From IMG/VR virus record IMGVR_UViG_3300032327_000348, positions 47,935 through 111,934 of that record: DNA of 64,000 nt; one strand, written 5' to 3'. Position 1 is the stretch's first letter, and every line of letters begins with the position of its first letter. The stretch is from a virus (taxonomy: Duplodnaviria; Caudoviricetes). Position numbers and translations under genes: made by a program. Below, one piece after another: positions 25,922 to 35,100 of the stretch. Below the pieces are notes generated by a model. It was not told where the DNA came from. It worked only from the letters and a program-made list of their open reading frames with translations, and searched no databases.

Positions 25922-26868
25922 CCTTCTATTTTTCTAATAACGTCCATTTCTTTTACTAATGGTCCGAGATTATATTTATCGGCACTATAATGGCGTTTGA
26001 AGAACTTGCTTTGAGATCCGTCAAAGTGATGCATTGGTAAACCAAGTTTATCAGTCAATGCTAAACCTATTAATCCTGATTGACGATCAGGGTCTCGGTT
26101 TTCGTGTTCTTCCCATAGTACAGTATAGTTATCAAACCATTGCACATTAGCAGGATCCCATTCTGTAAGCATAGTCATGTATGTACCAAGTCTTGCACCA
26201 TAAATAGCCCATTCTCCGTTCTCCACATCACGACCAATATTGTGCCAAATAGTTAAGTTATTTAAGTTGCGGCTTGCTACTGATTCTTTTAATGTATCTA
26301 CTGTAGGTTTTGCCCCTCTATCAAGAACCATTTTCACACCTTCACGGAAACCTGCACGCCATGCTTGAAACGGTGTATGGTTTGGATAGGTAGTAGAATA
26401 GCAGTCATGCATTGCCCAGTATAAGTTATCTTTGCTATCTAAACAAAAATCAGCAATACGAGACACATCTCCATCTTTTTGATGTTCATGTGTTTGCATC
26501 TCACGCACATAAGTCTTTGTCCAACTACTCATGCCACCGTTACCATAACGTAGCCCGTTGATTGAGTTAGTTGCTTTCCAACGAAATTGTGCTAACTTAA
26601 AGTTAGGATCTTTCTCAGTGAAATCTAATTGTAGGTTAAAGAAACTTTCTTCTGGCATGTTGTCCCCATCAATCAGAATAAAACGTTCAGTATCGCTTGC
26701 TTCACCTGCTGCTTTGTGTGCGGCATCACTACCTTTAACGCCATCAACACGCTTTGCCCATGGTACCATGTTTTTAATTTTTAACCAAAATTCTTCTTTT
26801 TGTGGTTCGTCATAACTGAGATATATGCAATCTAAATCAGCTATGTCTACAATATTATCCAAGTTCAT
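25915..26868 (-). CDS. Glycosyltransferase-like protein (GT-A fold)
   Basis: LSYDEP, GVKGSDAAHKAA, DxD motif IDGDN. Confidence 0.65.
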   Translation of the reverse strand: MNLDNIVDIADLDCIYLSYDEPQKEEFWLKIKNMVPWAKRVDGVKGSDAAHKAAGEASDTERFILIDGDNMPEESFFNLQLDFTEKDPNFKLAQFRWKATNSINGLRYGNGGMSSWTKTYVREMQTHEHQKDGDVSRIADFCLDSKDNLYWAMHDCYSTTYPNHTPFQAWRAGFREGVKMVLDRGAKPTVDTLKESVASRNLNNLTIWHNIGRDVENGEWAIYGARLGTYMTMLTEWDPANVQWFDNYTVLWEEHENRDPDRQSGLIGLALTDKLGLPMHHFDGSQSKFFKRHYSADKYNLGPLVKEMDVIRKIEGW

Positions 26869-27205
26869 ATATGTTTAATTTCCATTTAATAGTTTCGCCG
26901 GTGTAATCGTTAGGGACTATGATACTGATATCTTCTTTAGCGCATTTTACACCTTCTGTGGTGTTGGGCGTTAATCTTGTTACGACCAAACTAGAATTTA
27001 TTGTTGAGAGTTTACCATTGACTATTCTTATGTCAGGTCGAGCCTGAGCAAAAGTAATACTGTCAATGACTACATAATTTCCTTCTATCTTCTCACACGT
27101 ATATGTTATTACTTTACCTTGATCATCGTAATATAATCTAAATTCGGGCGGGATAATTTTAGGTGCTTCCCAAATTATAAAACTATCTTCTATGCTTTCA
27201 TTCAT
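26855..27205 (-). CDS. Hypothetical protein (116 aa)
   Basis: Overlaps both neighbours in the coupled operon. Confidence 0.8.
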   Translation of the reverse strand: MNESIEDSFIIWEAPKIIPPEFRLYYDDQGKVITYTCEKIEGNYVVIDSITFAQARPDIRIVNGKLSTINSSLVVTRLTPNTTEGVKCAKEDISIIVPNDYTGETIKWKLNIYELG

Positions 27206-27951
27206 AATATACCCTCATTAATTATAGTTGCAAAATCCTTAATATGATAATGTAAGGGGTAATGTTGTGGATATGTGTTGATTCTTATTTGATCCGATAA
27301 ACATTCAGTGACCAATACATCTGTCCAATTTTCAGATGGCATGCCATTTATATATTGTTTCATGTGTGTCATACTCAACAACCCGGGTATTTGAGTTTTT
27401 TCTTTACCCAAAATATGACAAGCAATTGAGTATGCCCAGTCAGTTGTTGCTTCTTCTTGTGGATTACATTTCAATATTGCCTTATAGTCTTTCCAATTCT
27501 CAAATACATCTCTGACAATTTCAAAGAACTTTTTGGCAGTATCTGATTTTTTAAAATATGTAATAGCGTTATAACACTCCGGTAAATTGTTATCATCAAT
27601 GAATTTGCGATAGGCACGTACATTAGATATTTCACCTTTAAAGTTTCTGATAGTGTCACATACAACTACATCACGCTGACCTAATGTATCCCATAGATAA
27701 TCTAAACTATTTGGTATGTACATGTCTGCTTCCAACTTAATTGTCTCGTCATATGGACTACATTCATAAACTTGCCAATCATTCTGCAACTTCCAATTTG
27801 TATGAGGTGCTTGGTCTCCGTAGGGCAACATTTCGGTAGTGACAATCGTTATATTGGCGTCAGGCATTACTCGTTTAATACTTGCCTTTAGTGTTGTAGC
27901 ACACTTGACATAATTTTCACCTTGTGCCATAATTACAAAGCCTTTGGTCAT
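27202..27951 (-). CDS. Glycosyltransferase-like protein (GT8-like)
   Basis: SPYDETIKLEAD (ExD variant); paralog of 27948..28751. Confidence 0.7.
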   Translation of the reverse strand: MTKGFVIMAQGENYVKCATTLKASIKRVMPDANITIVTTEMLPYGDQAPHTNWKLQNDWQVYECSPYDETIKLEADMYIPNSLDYLWDTLGQRDVVVCDTIRNFKGEISNVRAYRKFIDDNNLPECYNAITYFKKSDTAKKFFEIVRDVFENWKDYKAILKCNPQEEATTDWAYSIACHILGKEKTQIPGLLSMTHMKQYINGMPSENWTDVLVTECLSDQIRINTYPQHYPLHYHIKDFATIINEGIL

Positions 27952-28751
27952 TTAATGAGCTCCATAAAAATATCTTTGTTCATAGTATGAAAGTCTGTGT
28001 TTTTAATTGTAATATATTCTTTGCGAATTTTACCACGTTGCCAATTATCATACATGATTGTGTAGTCTGTATTAAATTCATCATTGTTGTTATTATAAAC
28101 TAAGGTGTTTTTGCCAACGTGTACTAAATTCCACGGAATGATGTCTTCTTTAGGACTTGTGTGCCCGTTAACAATTCTTGTTGCTAGTGTTAGTGCATAG
28201 TCATTACGATACACGCCGGCAATAAAACTATGAATGTTTGCGTAATGGTCATAATTATTTTGAATCATCTCCAAACATTCAAAAATTTGTTTTGCTCGGT
28301 TTGTTTTTCTAAACATCACTACAGTAGCCCATAATGTTTTAAAACTATATGCACTTAATACTTCTTGTGCTACTCCGGGATGCATTAAGAAACTAGTAGT
28401 GTCATGGCAACAAAAATCTGTAGGTATATCAAATAATCTTAATAGAGTAGTTGAATTAACTACATAATCGGTGTCAAGCAAAATAGTGTCATCATATGGA
28501 CTTAATTCATATGCCTGATATCTACCTTTATTAATCCAAACTGAGTGCTCTCTGATATTATTCTTATCTGGTTCAACAACAATAGTATTGTCAAACTGAT
28601 AGTCAGGGTTTGCCGGGATAGATGTTATATCTGTCACAACTGTTACAGGTAGATCCAAAAAGTGATTAATGCGTTTAGCAGTTGCTACTGCCATTTCATA
28701 GTATTTGTACTTTGGTGAGTTAAACGCAAATAATAATGCGCCTTTGCTCAT
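27948..28751 (-). CDS. Glycosyltransferase-like protein (GT8-like)
   Basis: SPYDDTILLDTD (DxD), RNDYAL. Confidence 0.75.
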   Translation of the reverse strand: MSKGALLFAFNSPKYKYYEMAVATAKRINHFLDLPVTVVTDITSIPANPDYQFDNTIVVEPDKNNIREHSVWINKGRYQAYELSPYDDTILLDTDYVVNSTTLLRLFDIPTDFCCHDTTSFLMHPGVAQEVLSAYSFKTLWATVVMFRKTNRAKQIFECLEMIQNNYDHYANIHSFIAGVYRNDYALTLATRIVNGHTSPKEDIIPWNLVHVGKNTLVYNNNNDEFNTDYTIMYDNWQRGKIRKEYITIKNTDFHTMNKDIFMELIK

Positions 28752-29053
28752 CGGTTACCTTCTAGTTCTTTCCATTCTTTATACCATTCTAGCATAACGG
28801 TATTATATGTAGTTTGTAGTAACTCTAATAAGTGTTCACGATTAACCTGTACCGGATTAGAAAATGTATCAATCATGACAATATAATTGTCTGTGAATGA
28901 ATTTAAAAAAGAAATGGTTTGTTGGTCGGCCTTCCAGAGTCCACCTTGATCAGCAACCGTTAGTTTACTATCATACTTATCTTTAAGTTGGGCTTTTGCC
29001 GAGTTGTGATTGAAGCGGGCTTTGGCTTCTAAAATTAAGGTCTTTGTATCCAT
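28748..29053 (-). CDS. Hypothetical protein (101 aa), first gene of the tailoring operon
   Basis: AGGAG RBS and upstream TAAATA motif. Confidence 0.8.
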   Translation of the reverse strand: MDTKTLILEAKARFNHNSAKAQLKDKYDSKLTVADQGGLWKADQQTISFLNSFTDNYIVMIDTFSNPVQVNREHLLELLQTTYNTVMLEWYKEWKELEGNR

Positions 29054-29068
29054 ATGTACTCCTAAGAG

Positions 29069-29074
29069 TATTTA
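29069..29074 (-). promoter_or_regulatory. Late-type promoter motif TAAATA heading the glycosyltransferase/radical SAM operon
   Basis: CTAAATA directly before the RBS of the gene starting at 29053. Confidence 0.65.
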
Positions 29075-29098
29075 GAGATACAACGACTGATTGAAAAA

Positions 29099-30049
29099 TT
29101 ATGATCCTGAGACAGTTCCAGTCACAGAAACTATGCCCCAACTGTTTGCTAGATATGTAGTTTCGGGTGATTGGACAGTAACTGTAGTAGCCGAGCCAGC
29201 AGATACGGTTAAGCCATTTGGCACTTCATCCCAAACTGTGTACAATGTAATGACTGAGCCGGTATCGTTATTAGAACCCTGTGTACCATTTGATTTGGCA
29301 ATTACACGAATAAATGTGCTTAAATAAGCAGAAGGTCCAGTAGACGCCAATTGAGTAAACACATTAGCGTTACTTGTTGTCATAGCATAATAGCCACTGT
29401 TTGTGGAAATAGTAGGGCTATTTCCGCCGCCGCCAATTTTAGTAATACCGTTGTAACTTATACCGGAAATAGTTACTGAACCACTACTAGGGGCTGACAT
29501 TGTAACTGTACCTATATTAGAACACAAATTATTAAATAGCAAATTAATGCCGGTACCAGATGGGTGAGAACATGTAACTTTCAATTGTCCACCGGAGTTA
29601 AAGAAATAACGGGCTGCATCACCGTTAGCAAATGTAACAGTATGAGTGAATGTTATTGCTGCACTCCAAGTAGAACCATATGTTGCAGTGTTGGAAACTG
29701 TACTTCCCTGTGATGCTGCATTTAATCTAGAACCGTAAATAGTCGTTAAGTTAGTTGGGATAGCAGACAAATATGTAATAGTGCCACCAACTGTTGGTGC
29801 CGTTACTGAAGTAATACTTGTACCTTGATGTGAAGCTGAGTTTGCTGTTTTGTTAACAAGATTGGCCCAATTAGAAGCAGTGACTGTATTACCTGCTGAT
29901 ACGTTTGCTTCAGCAGTCTGTCCGTACCCTGCTGTTGAGCCGCCAGTTGCCCATACAGTGTTTAATGTACCACTAGAAGTAACCGGATTCCCGCCCACTA
30001 GCGTGTTAAAATCTGATGCTTGTATTGTTCCAAATTGTGCGTAGGTCAT
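29099..30049 (-). CDS. Putative virion (tail fibre-associated) protein
   Basis: Thr/Ser/Gly-rich beta-type composition; follows the tail fibre gene. Confidence 0.65.
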   Translation of the reverse strand: MTYAQFGTIQASDFNTLVGGNPVTSSGTLNTVWATGGSTAGYGQTAEANVSAGNTVTASNWANLVNKTANSASHQGTSITSVTAPTVGGTITYLSAIPTNLTTIYGSRLNAASQGSTVSNTATYGSTWSAAITFTHTVTFANGDAARYFFNSGGQLKVTCSHPSGTGINLLFNNLCSNIGTVTMSAPSSGSVTISGISYNGITKIGGGGNSPTISTNSGYYAMTTSNANVFTQLASTGPSAYLSTFIRVIAKSNGTQGSNNDTGSVITLYTVWDEVPNGLTVSAGSATTVTVQSPETTYLANSWGIVSVTGTVSGS

Positions 30050-30057
30050 TTTTATCC

Positions 30058-31281
30058 TTAATTTATTTTAACAAATGCTTCTACTACACCCAACTCGTCT
30101 GTTGTTTTGTGTTCTAATGCACGACCAATAATGTTAAATGCTGTTGCTTCGCCGGGCTTGGCTGCACGTGCAATGCCATTACCAGCAGAAACAAGGCGTT
30201 GACCTTTGCGAACTTTACCTGTAACCTTAACATGCACACGGCCACCGACTGCAATTGCCGGGTGAGTTTCATCATCACCTGCCATGGCGTTCATTAAATA
30301 CCCTGCTGTTGTTGATACAACACCAAATACATCTTCTGATAATTCATATTGTACTGCAGTAACTTCTTTTTCCCCACCCATTTCAACGACAGTTCCAGCA
30401 TCGTATAATGCGTCTGCTTCAAATCGTTCTGCCAAGTCAGCATATGTGGACAATAATCGTGAACCGGGTGTCAATGTCCAGTTACCAGTGATATTACCTG
30501 TTGTGGTATTTGCGCCTGCAGTAATAACTTGAGTTGTAACTCGTCCCGGAGCAATATTGCCACTGAATTGAGTTATTGCATTTGATCCTGTTAGATAATC
30601 AAAAACATTACCGTTATTATATGTACCTGCAAAACTGATAGGATCACCGTTAGCATACATGTACTTGTCTGTTTTAATACCCCAAACGTTACCTACATTA
30701 GAAACGTAGACATTACCTGAATTAATTACAAAAGAATTTGCTGAGCCGTTCGCTGTCCATGTACCGGTAATAGTACCGGCTGTACTGTTGCTACCAGCCG
30801 ATATAATTTGTGTATTTAGTGTGCCAATATTAGCAGTGGTAATTGAAGCATTTGCAATAGTTGCATTTGCAGTAACTGTAGCCAAACGAACAGTGATTGT
30901 ATCCCCGGTGATGCCATTTACCGCAGTAATATTATTTGCCTGCAAATTACCCGTTACCGAGACTGATCCAAAAGTGGTTGTTGCAGTGCCTGAACTAACT
31001 GCTAATGAAACCCACGCATTTGCATTTGATAGTCCATCAGTAGGACAAACTTTCAACAGACTACTATTAATATCGTACCATAATTGACCACGTAGTGGAT
31101 TAGCAGGTGGAGTGTTTGCGGCAAAATTTTCAATTTGATGCACAAAGTTTGTGTCTATTGTCTGTCCATAACCTGCAAAGTTTCTACCAGGCAAGCCGAC
31201 GCTCGTGCTAGTCGTATTAATAGTTCCGTCAGCAATGGTTGTTAGTACAGTACCATCACTTTTAACAATTGTATATGCCAT
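30058..31281 (-). CDS. Tail fibre-like protein with C-terminal intramolecular chaperone/autocleavage-like domain
   Basis: NPLRGQLWYD, beta-helix-like N/T/A repeats, C-terminal YADLAE..GTVV..GRVHVKV..KGQRLVS. Confidence 0.75.
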   Translation of the reverse strand: MAYTIVKSDGTVLTTIADGTINTTSTSVGLPGRNFAGYGQTIDTNFVHQIENFAANTPPANPLRGQLWYDINSSLLKVCPTDGLSNANAWVSLAVSSGTATTTFGSVSVTGNLQANNITAVNGITGDTITVRLATVTANATIANASITTANIGTLNTQIISAGSNSTAGTITGTWTANGSANSFVINSGNVYVSNVGNVWGIKTDKYMYANGDPISFAGTYNNGNVFDYLTGSNAITQFSGNIAPGRVTTQVITAGANTTTGNITGNWTLTPGSRLLSTYADLAERFEADALYDAGTVVEMGGEKEVTAVQYELSEDVFGVVSTTAGYLMNAMAGDDETHPAIAVGGRVHVKVTGKVRKGQRLVSAGNGIARAAKPGEATAFNIIGRALEHKTTDELGVVEAFVKIN

Positions 31282-31304
31282 TTCAAATCACTCCGGGTAT
31301 TTTT

Positions 31305-31310
31305 TATTTA
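31305..31310 (-). promoter_or_regulatory. Late-type promoter motif TAAATA
   Basis: GATAAATA before the GGAG RBS of the tail fibre gene. Confidence 0.55.
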
Positions 31311-31312
31311 TC

Positions 31313-31933
31313 TTAAATTGTGACTAAGTTTGTCAGGGCTTGAATTCTGACTGTATAATCTATCTGTATTTGCCTATTTAAAGACTTTTGGACTGGGTGA
31401 AAAATTACATGAGTCAACAATCTAGTAATGACATCTCCATTTTCATCTGTTCCATAATTTGCTAATAATCCCAATTCATCAAAAATGTAACTAGAATCAG
31501 TTTGTGTGCTGTTATCAAACGCATCTTGGCCTGAAGGCTCACCGTAGTCTAATAAACATTGAACTAAGATATCAGTATAGACACGACCAGTAGTGTGTGA
31601 AACTGTCATCTTGTTGCGTGTAGGGTCTAAGTTAAAAACACTAGTATCATCTACAATTTTAGCGTAAGTTTGATTATATAGTGCCGCGTTTTGACCAATT
31701 GTATTAGGAGGTAAATAGGTTATAACACCGGTTTCATTAACTGATGCTCCACCGTTTCCAAATGCCATTTGATAAATTTCACCATAACCTCGACTACTTA
31801 ATGTGTCGGCAATTGCTTCTGACATATTTTCGTAATTGATAGCATTGTGTTTATCTACAAAAACTTCCCCATTGTTGGGATCGTAGACTTTCAAAAAGCC
31901 TTCAATTTTGTATGTTAATTGTATTCCTGACAT
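31313..31933 (-). CDS. Putative baseplate/fibre attachment protein (206 aa)
   Basis: MAFGNGG, FDELGL, LLTHVIFHPVQK motifs recall tail-collar proteins; structural gene context. Confidence 0.6.
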   Translation of the reverse strand: MSGIQLTYKIEGFLKVYDPNNGEVFVDKHNAINYENMSEAIADTLSSRGYGEIYQMAFGNGGASVNETGVITYLPPNTIGQNAALYNQTYAKIVDDTSVFNLDPTRNKMTVSHTTGRVYTDILVQCLLDYGEPSGQDAFDNSTQTDSSYIFDELGLLANYGTDENGDVITRLLTHVIFHPVQKSLNRQIQIDYTVRIQALTNLVTI

Positions 31934-32085
31934 TAGATATCGCCTCTTGTTTCAATCAAAACTTCTTTGGTATTTGGATCAGTTATTTTCAAAAAAGACG
32001 AAAAATAGAAACCACCAGATTCATCTGGCTTAGGGCCATATTCTTCTGTTAATTGTGATTCTTTGTTATTTTCCTGATTATTCAT
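31933..32085 (-). CDS. 50-aa protein MNNQENN...GFYFSSFLKITDPNTKEVLIETRGDI
   Basis: Hand-translated. TAATG-coupled to the next gene; TAAATA 5 nt upstream at 32091-32096. Confidence 0.8.
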   Translation of the reverse strand: MNNQENNKESQLTEEYGPKPDESGGFYFSSFLKITDPNTKEVLIETRGDI

Positions 32086-32103
32086 AGTATTATTTATCAT
32101 TTG

Positions 32104-35100
32104 TTAGAACTCTGCATTTAAGAAATTTGCTGCAGTTGTATTACTGATTTGCAACGGATCGCCCAACGTTGGATTATAATTATATGAATTCCATGTTAAA
32201 TTGTAGTTAACTTGCGGAAGTCGGTTTGTAGACAATATTCCATATACCTTTTCATATGCTGGAATATAATATCTTTCCCCGGTGCCATTCGACCCTCGTT
32301 GCAATCCTGACAATGAATTTTCATTAAAATTGACTGTTGTGAACTTAATTTGTTCTCCGTCTACATAAATTAGATTACCTAAAATTACAGTAATTGTAAC
32401 ACTATCTCCTGTACTTACATCTGATGTGATTTCTACTACAGGAGCAGTATTTACAATCTGAACACTATAAGCAGAATTAGGTAGTGTAGTAGATGTTGTA
32501 TTATTTACAACAATAACCTGACTGATAATTCTCTTGTCTGCATCTAAACCGATAGTATAAACACCATTTGCTATTGCTGGTACAGTTTCATTTTGTACTA
32601 CATTGGTTGTGATTTTTGTCACATCTTCAACATAAATTACATCATCAGTGTATGATAATGGTTCTGTTAACCAAGTAGTATTTAATGTTGTTGCACGATA
32701 TACGTTAGGTACATTAGACTGATTAACATTGTTAATGTATGTTAATTCGTCAGGTGTAGATGTTGGTATCATGTTAGTAATAACAACCAGATCACCCGGC
32801 ACAATTGTAGTTAGAATACTTAAATTATTGTTTGGATTCAAATACAATGCACTTGATGGTACTCTATATCCGTTAACAGTTACCCAAATTCTATCAACAT
32901 TGATTTGTTCCCACATTGCGACTCCCATAGTGTCATCACCGGTATAGGTAGTTATTGATAGGGTAGATCCTTGATAAGTTGTAGATAATGTTATTTTATT
33001 GTAAACATAGTCTATTGATTTAATAAAATATTTAGTACCTTCAACTATTCCACCAAAGACCGTACCTGAAAAATATACCGGAGTGTCAATAACAATATTC
33101 TCTAAACTTCTAACTGTAATAGTATTATCCACTGCTGAGGATGAAATTGCAGTTGCTGAAATTAATGTAAATTGTTTATCAAGCCAAACATAGCCTTCAC
33201 TGCTCCAGTTAGAAACTCCTGTTACAGGATTATTATTTTGATAATTTTCAGGTAGATAAGGTGATAGATATAAACCAATTTCTGTATCAGTTATTATATG
33301 AGCATAATAAGTATTGTTGTTTAATTGTTCAGCACCAGTAAGCCCATCAATACGAACCACCTCATTTTGTTGTAAGTTATGTGGTACTCCAGTTGTAATA
33401 GTAGTTGTTGGATTTCCACCTGCATATGCAATCATTATATCAGATGAACCATCAACTACAAATGCGGCACCGCCTGGTGTTTCTGATATAGTAAAATCAG
33501 TATCATTGATTACCGTATCTACCCAATATACTGTGCCGTCGGTTAATACTCCACCTGCACCCGGCTCACCGGTTGAATTTTTAAATATAATAGGTTGATA
33601 TGTTCCAGAACTTGCTGAGATAAATCCAGATGTGCTAATTGCAGTTAATGTGTATGGTACAGTTGATCCAGTCACATTAGTAACTCCGCTAGGAGATGTA
33701 ATATCATTATTAATTGCAACAATATTAGAGACTCTATATGTTCCGCCTAATGTAGTGTTTAGATATTGTCTCTCAGTACTGTTATATGTAGTAACTGCTA
33801 AAATATCGCCGTCTGTTAAACTATTTGTCAAATACAATGTTTGTGTAAATAAATCGATCGTATATTGTGATTGATTTGTTAAACGCAATCCGTTAACTTC
33901 AACTATTGCATTTTCAGGATTAGTTCCACCTATATAATTAGTTAATAATAACTGTGTTTCTCCCCCGAGTGACACGTAAAGTTGTGTTGTGGGTATTGAA
34001 TATCCATACTGTATGGGTGATGTTTCTCCTAATACAGCAAACGTAACAAAGTCATCAGATTGTGTGTAATTATTTGCAAACATTAATTTTGCAGTAGGAC
34101 CGATATCTGCTTGAGAAATTGCAAAATCATTAGTAATAAAACTTGCAAAACCTGTAGCATCAGTCAATGATTCAATACTTCCTCCTAATGTAGAAGATAC
34201 TGTAAATTCATTAGAATCAACTATTGAATTAACATAATAAGTTGTATGAGGTAACAGTCCACCAAATATATAATCACTGAATACTATAGGGTCATTTATA
34301 TCGATAGTGATTGCGGTATTAACTACAATTGAATTTGTAAAACTCTTGGTTTGAGTTACGACCCCACTTTCTCCTAATGTTAATTTATTTCCATTGTGTG
34401 TTACTAATGGATCTGTCCATACAATTCCTGTACCCAATTGTTTAATTAATTGCATAGAACCAGTAGCATTAGTTAATGGATACGTAGGGCCAGCAATTCC
34501 ACTAATTAATGGGGGTAATGATATTGTAATTTTATTATTTACATAACTGATAGTTTTAATATAGTAAGTTTGATCTAATTCAATGCCACCAAATACCAAG
34601 CCTTGGAATTGTATTGGTTGATTGAGTGTAAGATTAGATACATCAACGCATGTTATAGTATCTATAGTTTCTTCAGTTCTAGTACATTCTATTTGAATAG
34701 GCTCAGTTCCCGGTCTTATAAGACCATTTCCATTAAACTTATTAGCAGAATAATTGCAACTTAGTACTATTTCAACAAAACCGGTATCAGTGTTATCAAT
34801 AAACGGAACCGTTTGTGAATTTGATCTTTGTAGTTGATCGCCATTTCCCACTTCATATAAATCAATTCCCAAAATATGATTTGGGGCTAAAGTATCATTT
34901 AGAGTGATTGTTTTCAATACCCAATTTACGGTGTAATCATATGTTTCATAAATTCTACGACTTAGGCTAGTGGAAGGATCAATATCATATACTGCAATAA
35001 ATGCAGGATTTTGTACAACATTTAAGAATGAATATTCTGTTTGCGGATAACTTGGTGTAATTTCAGCGGAAACCACCAAAAATCCAGTGTGACCATATTG

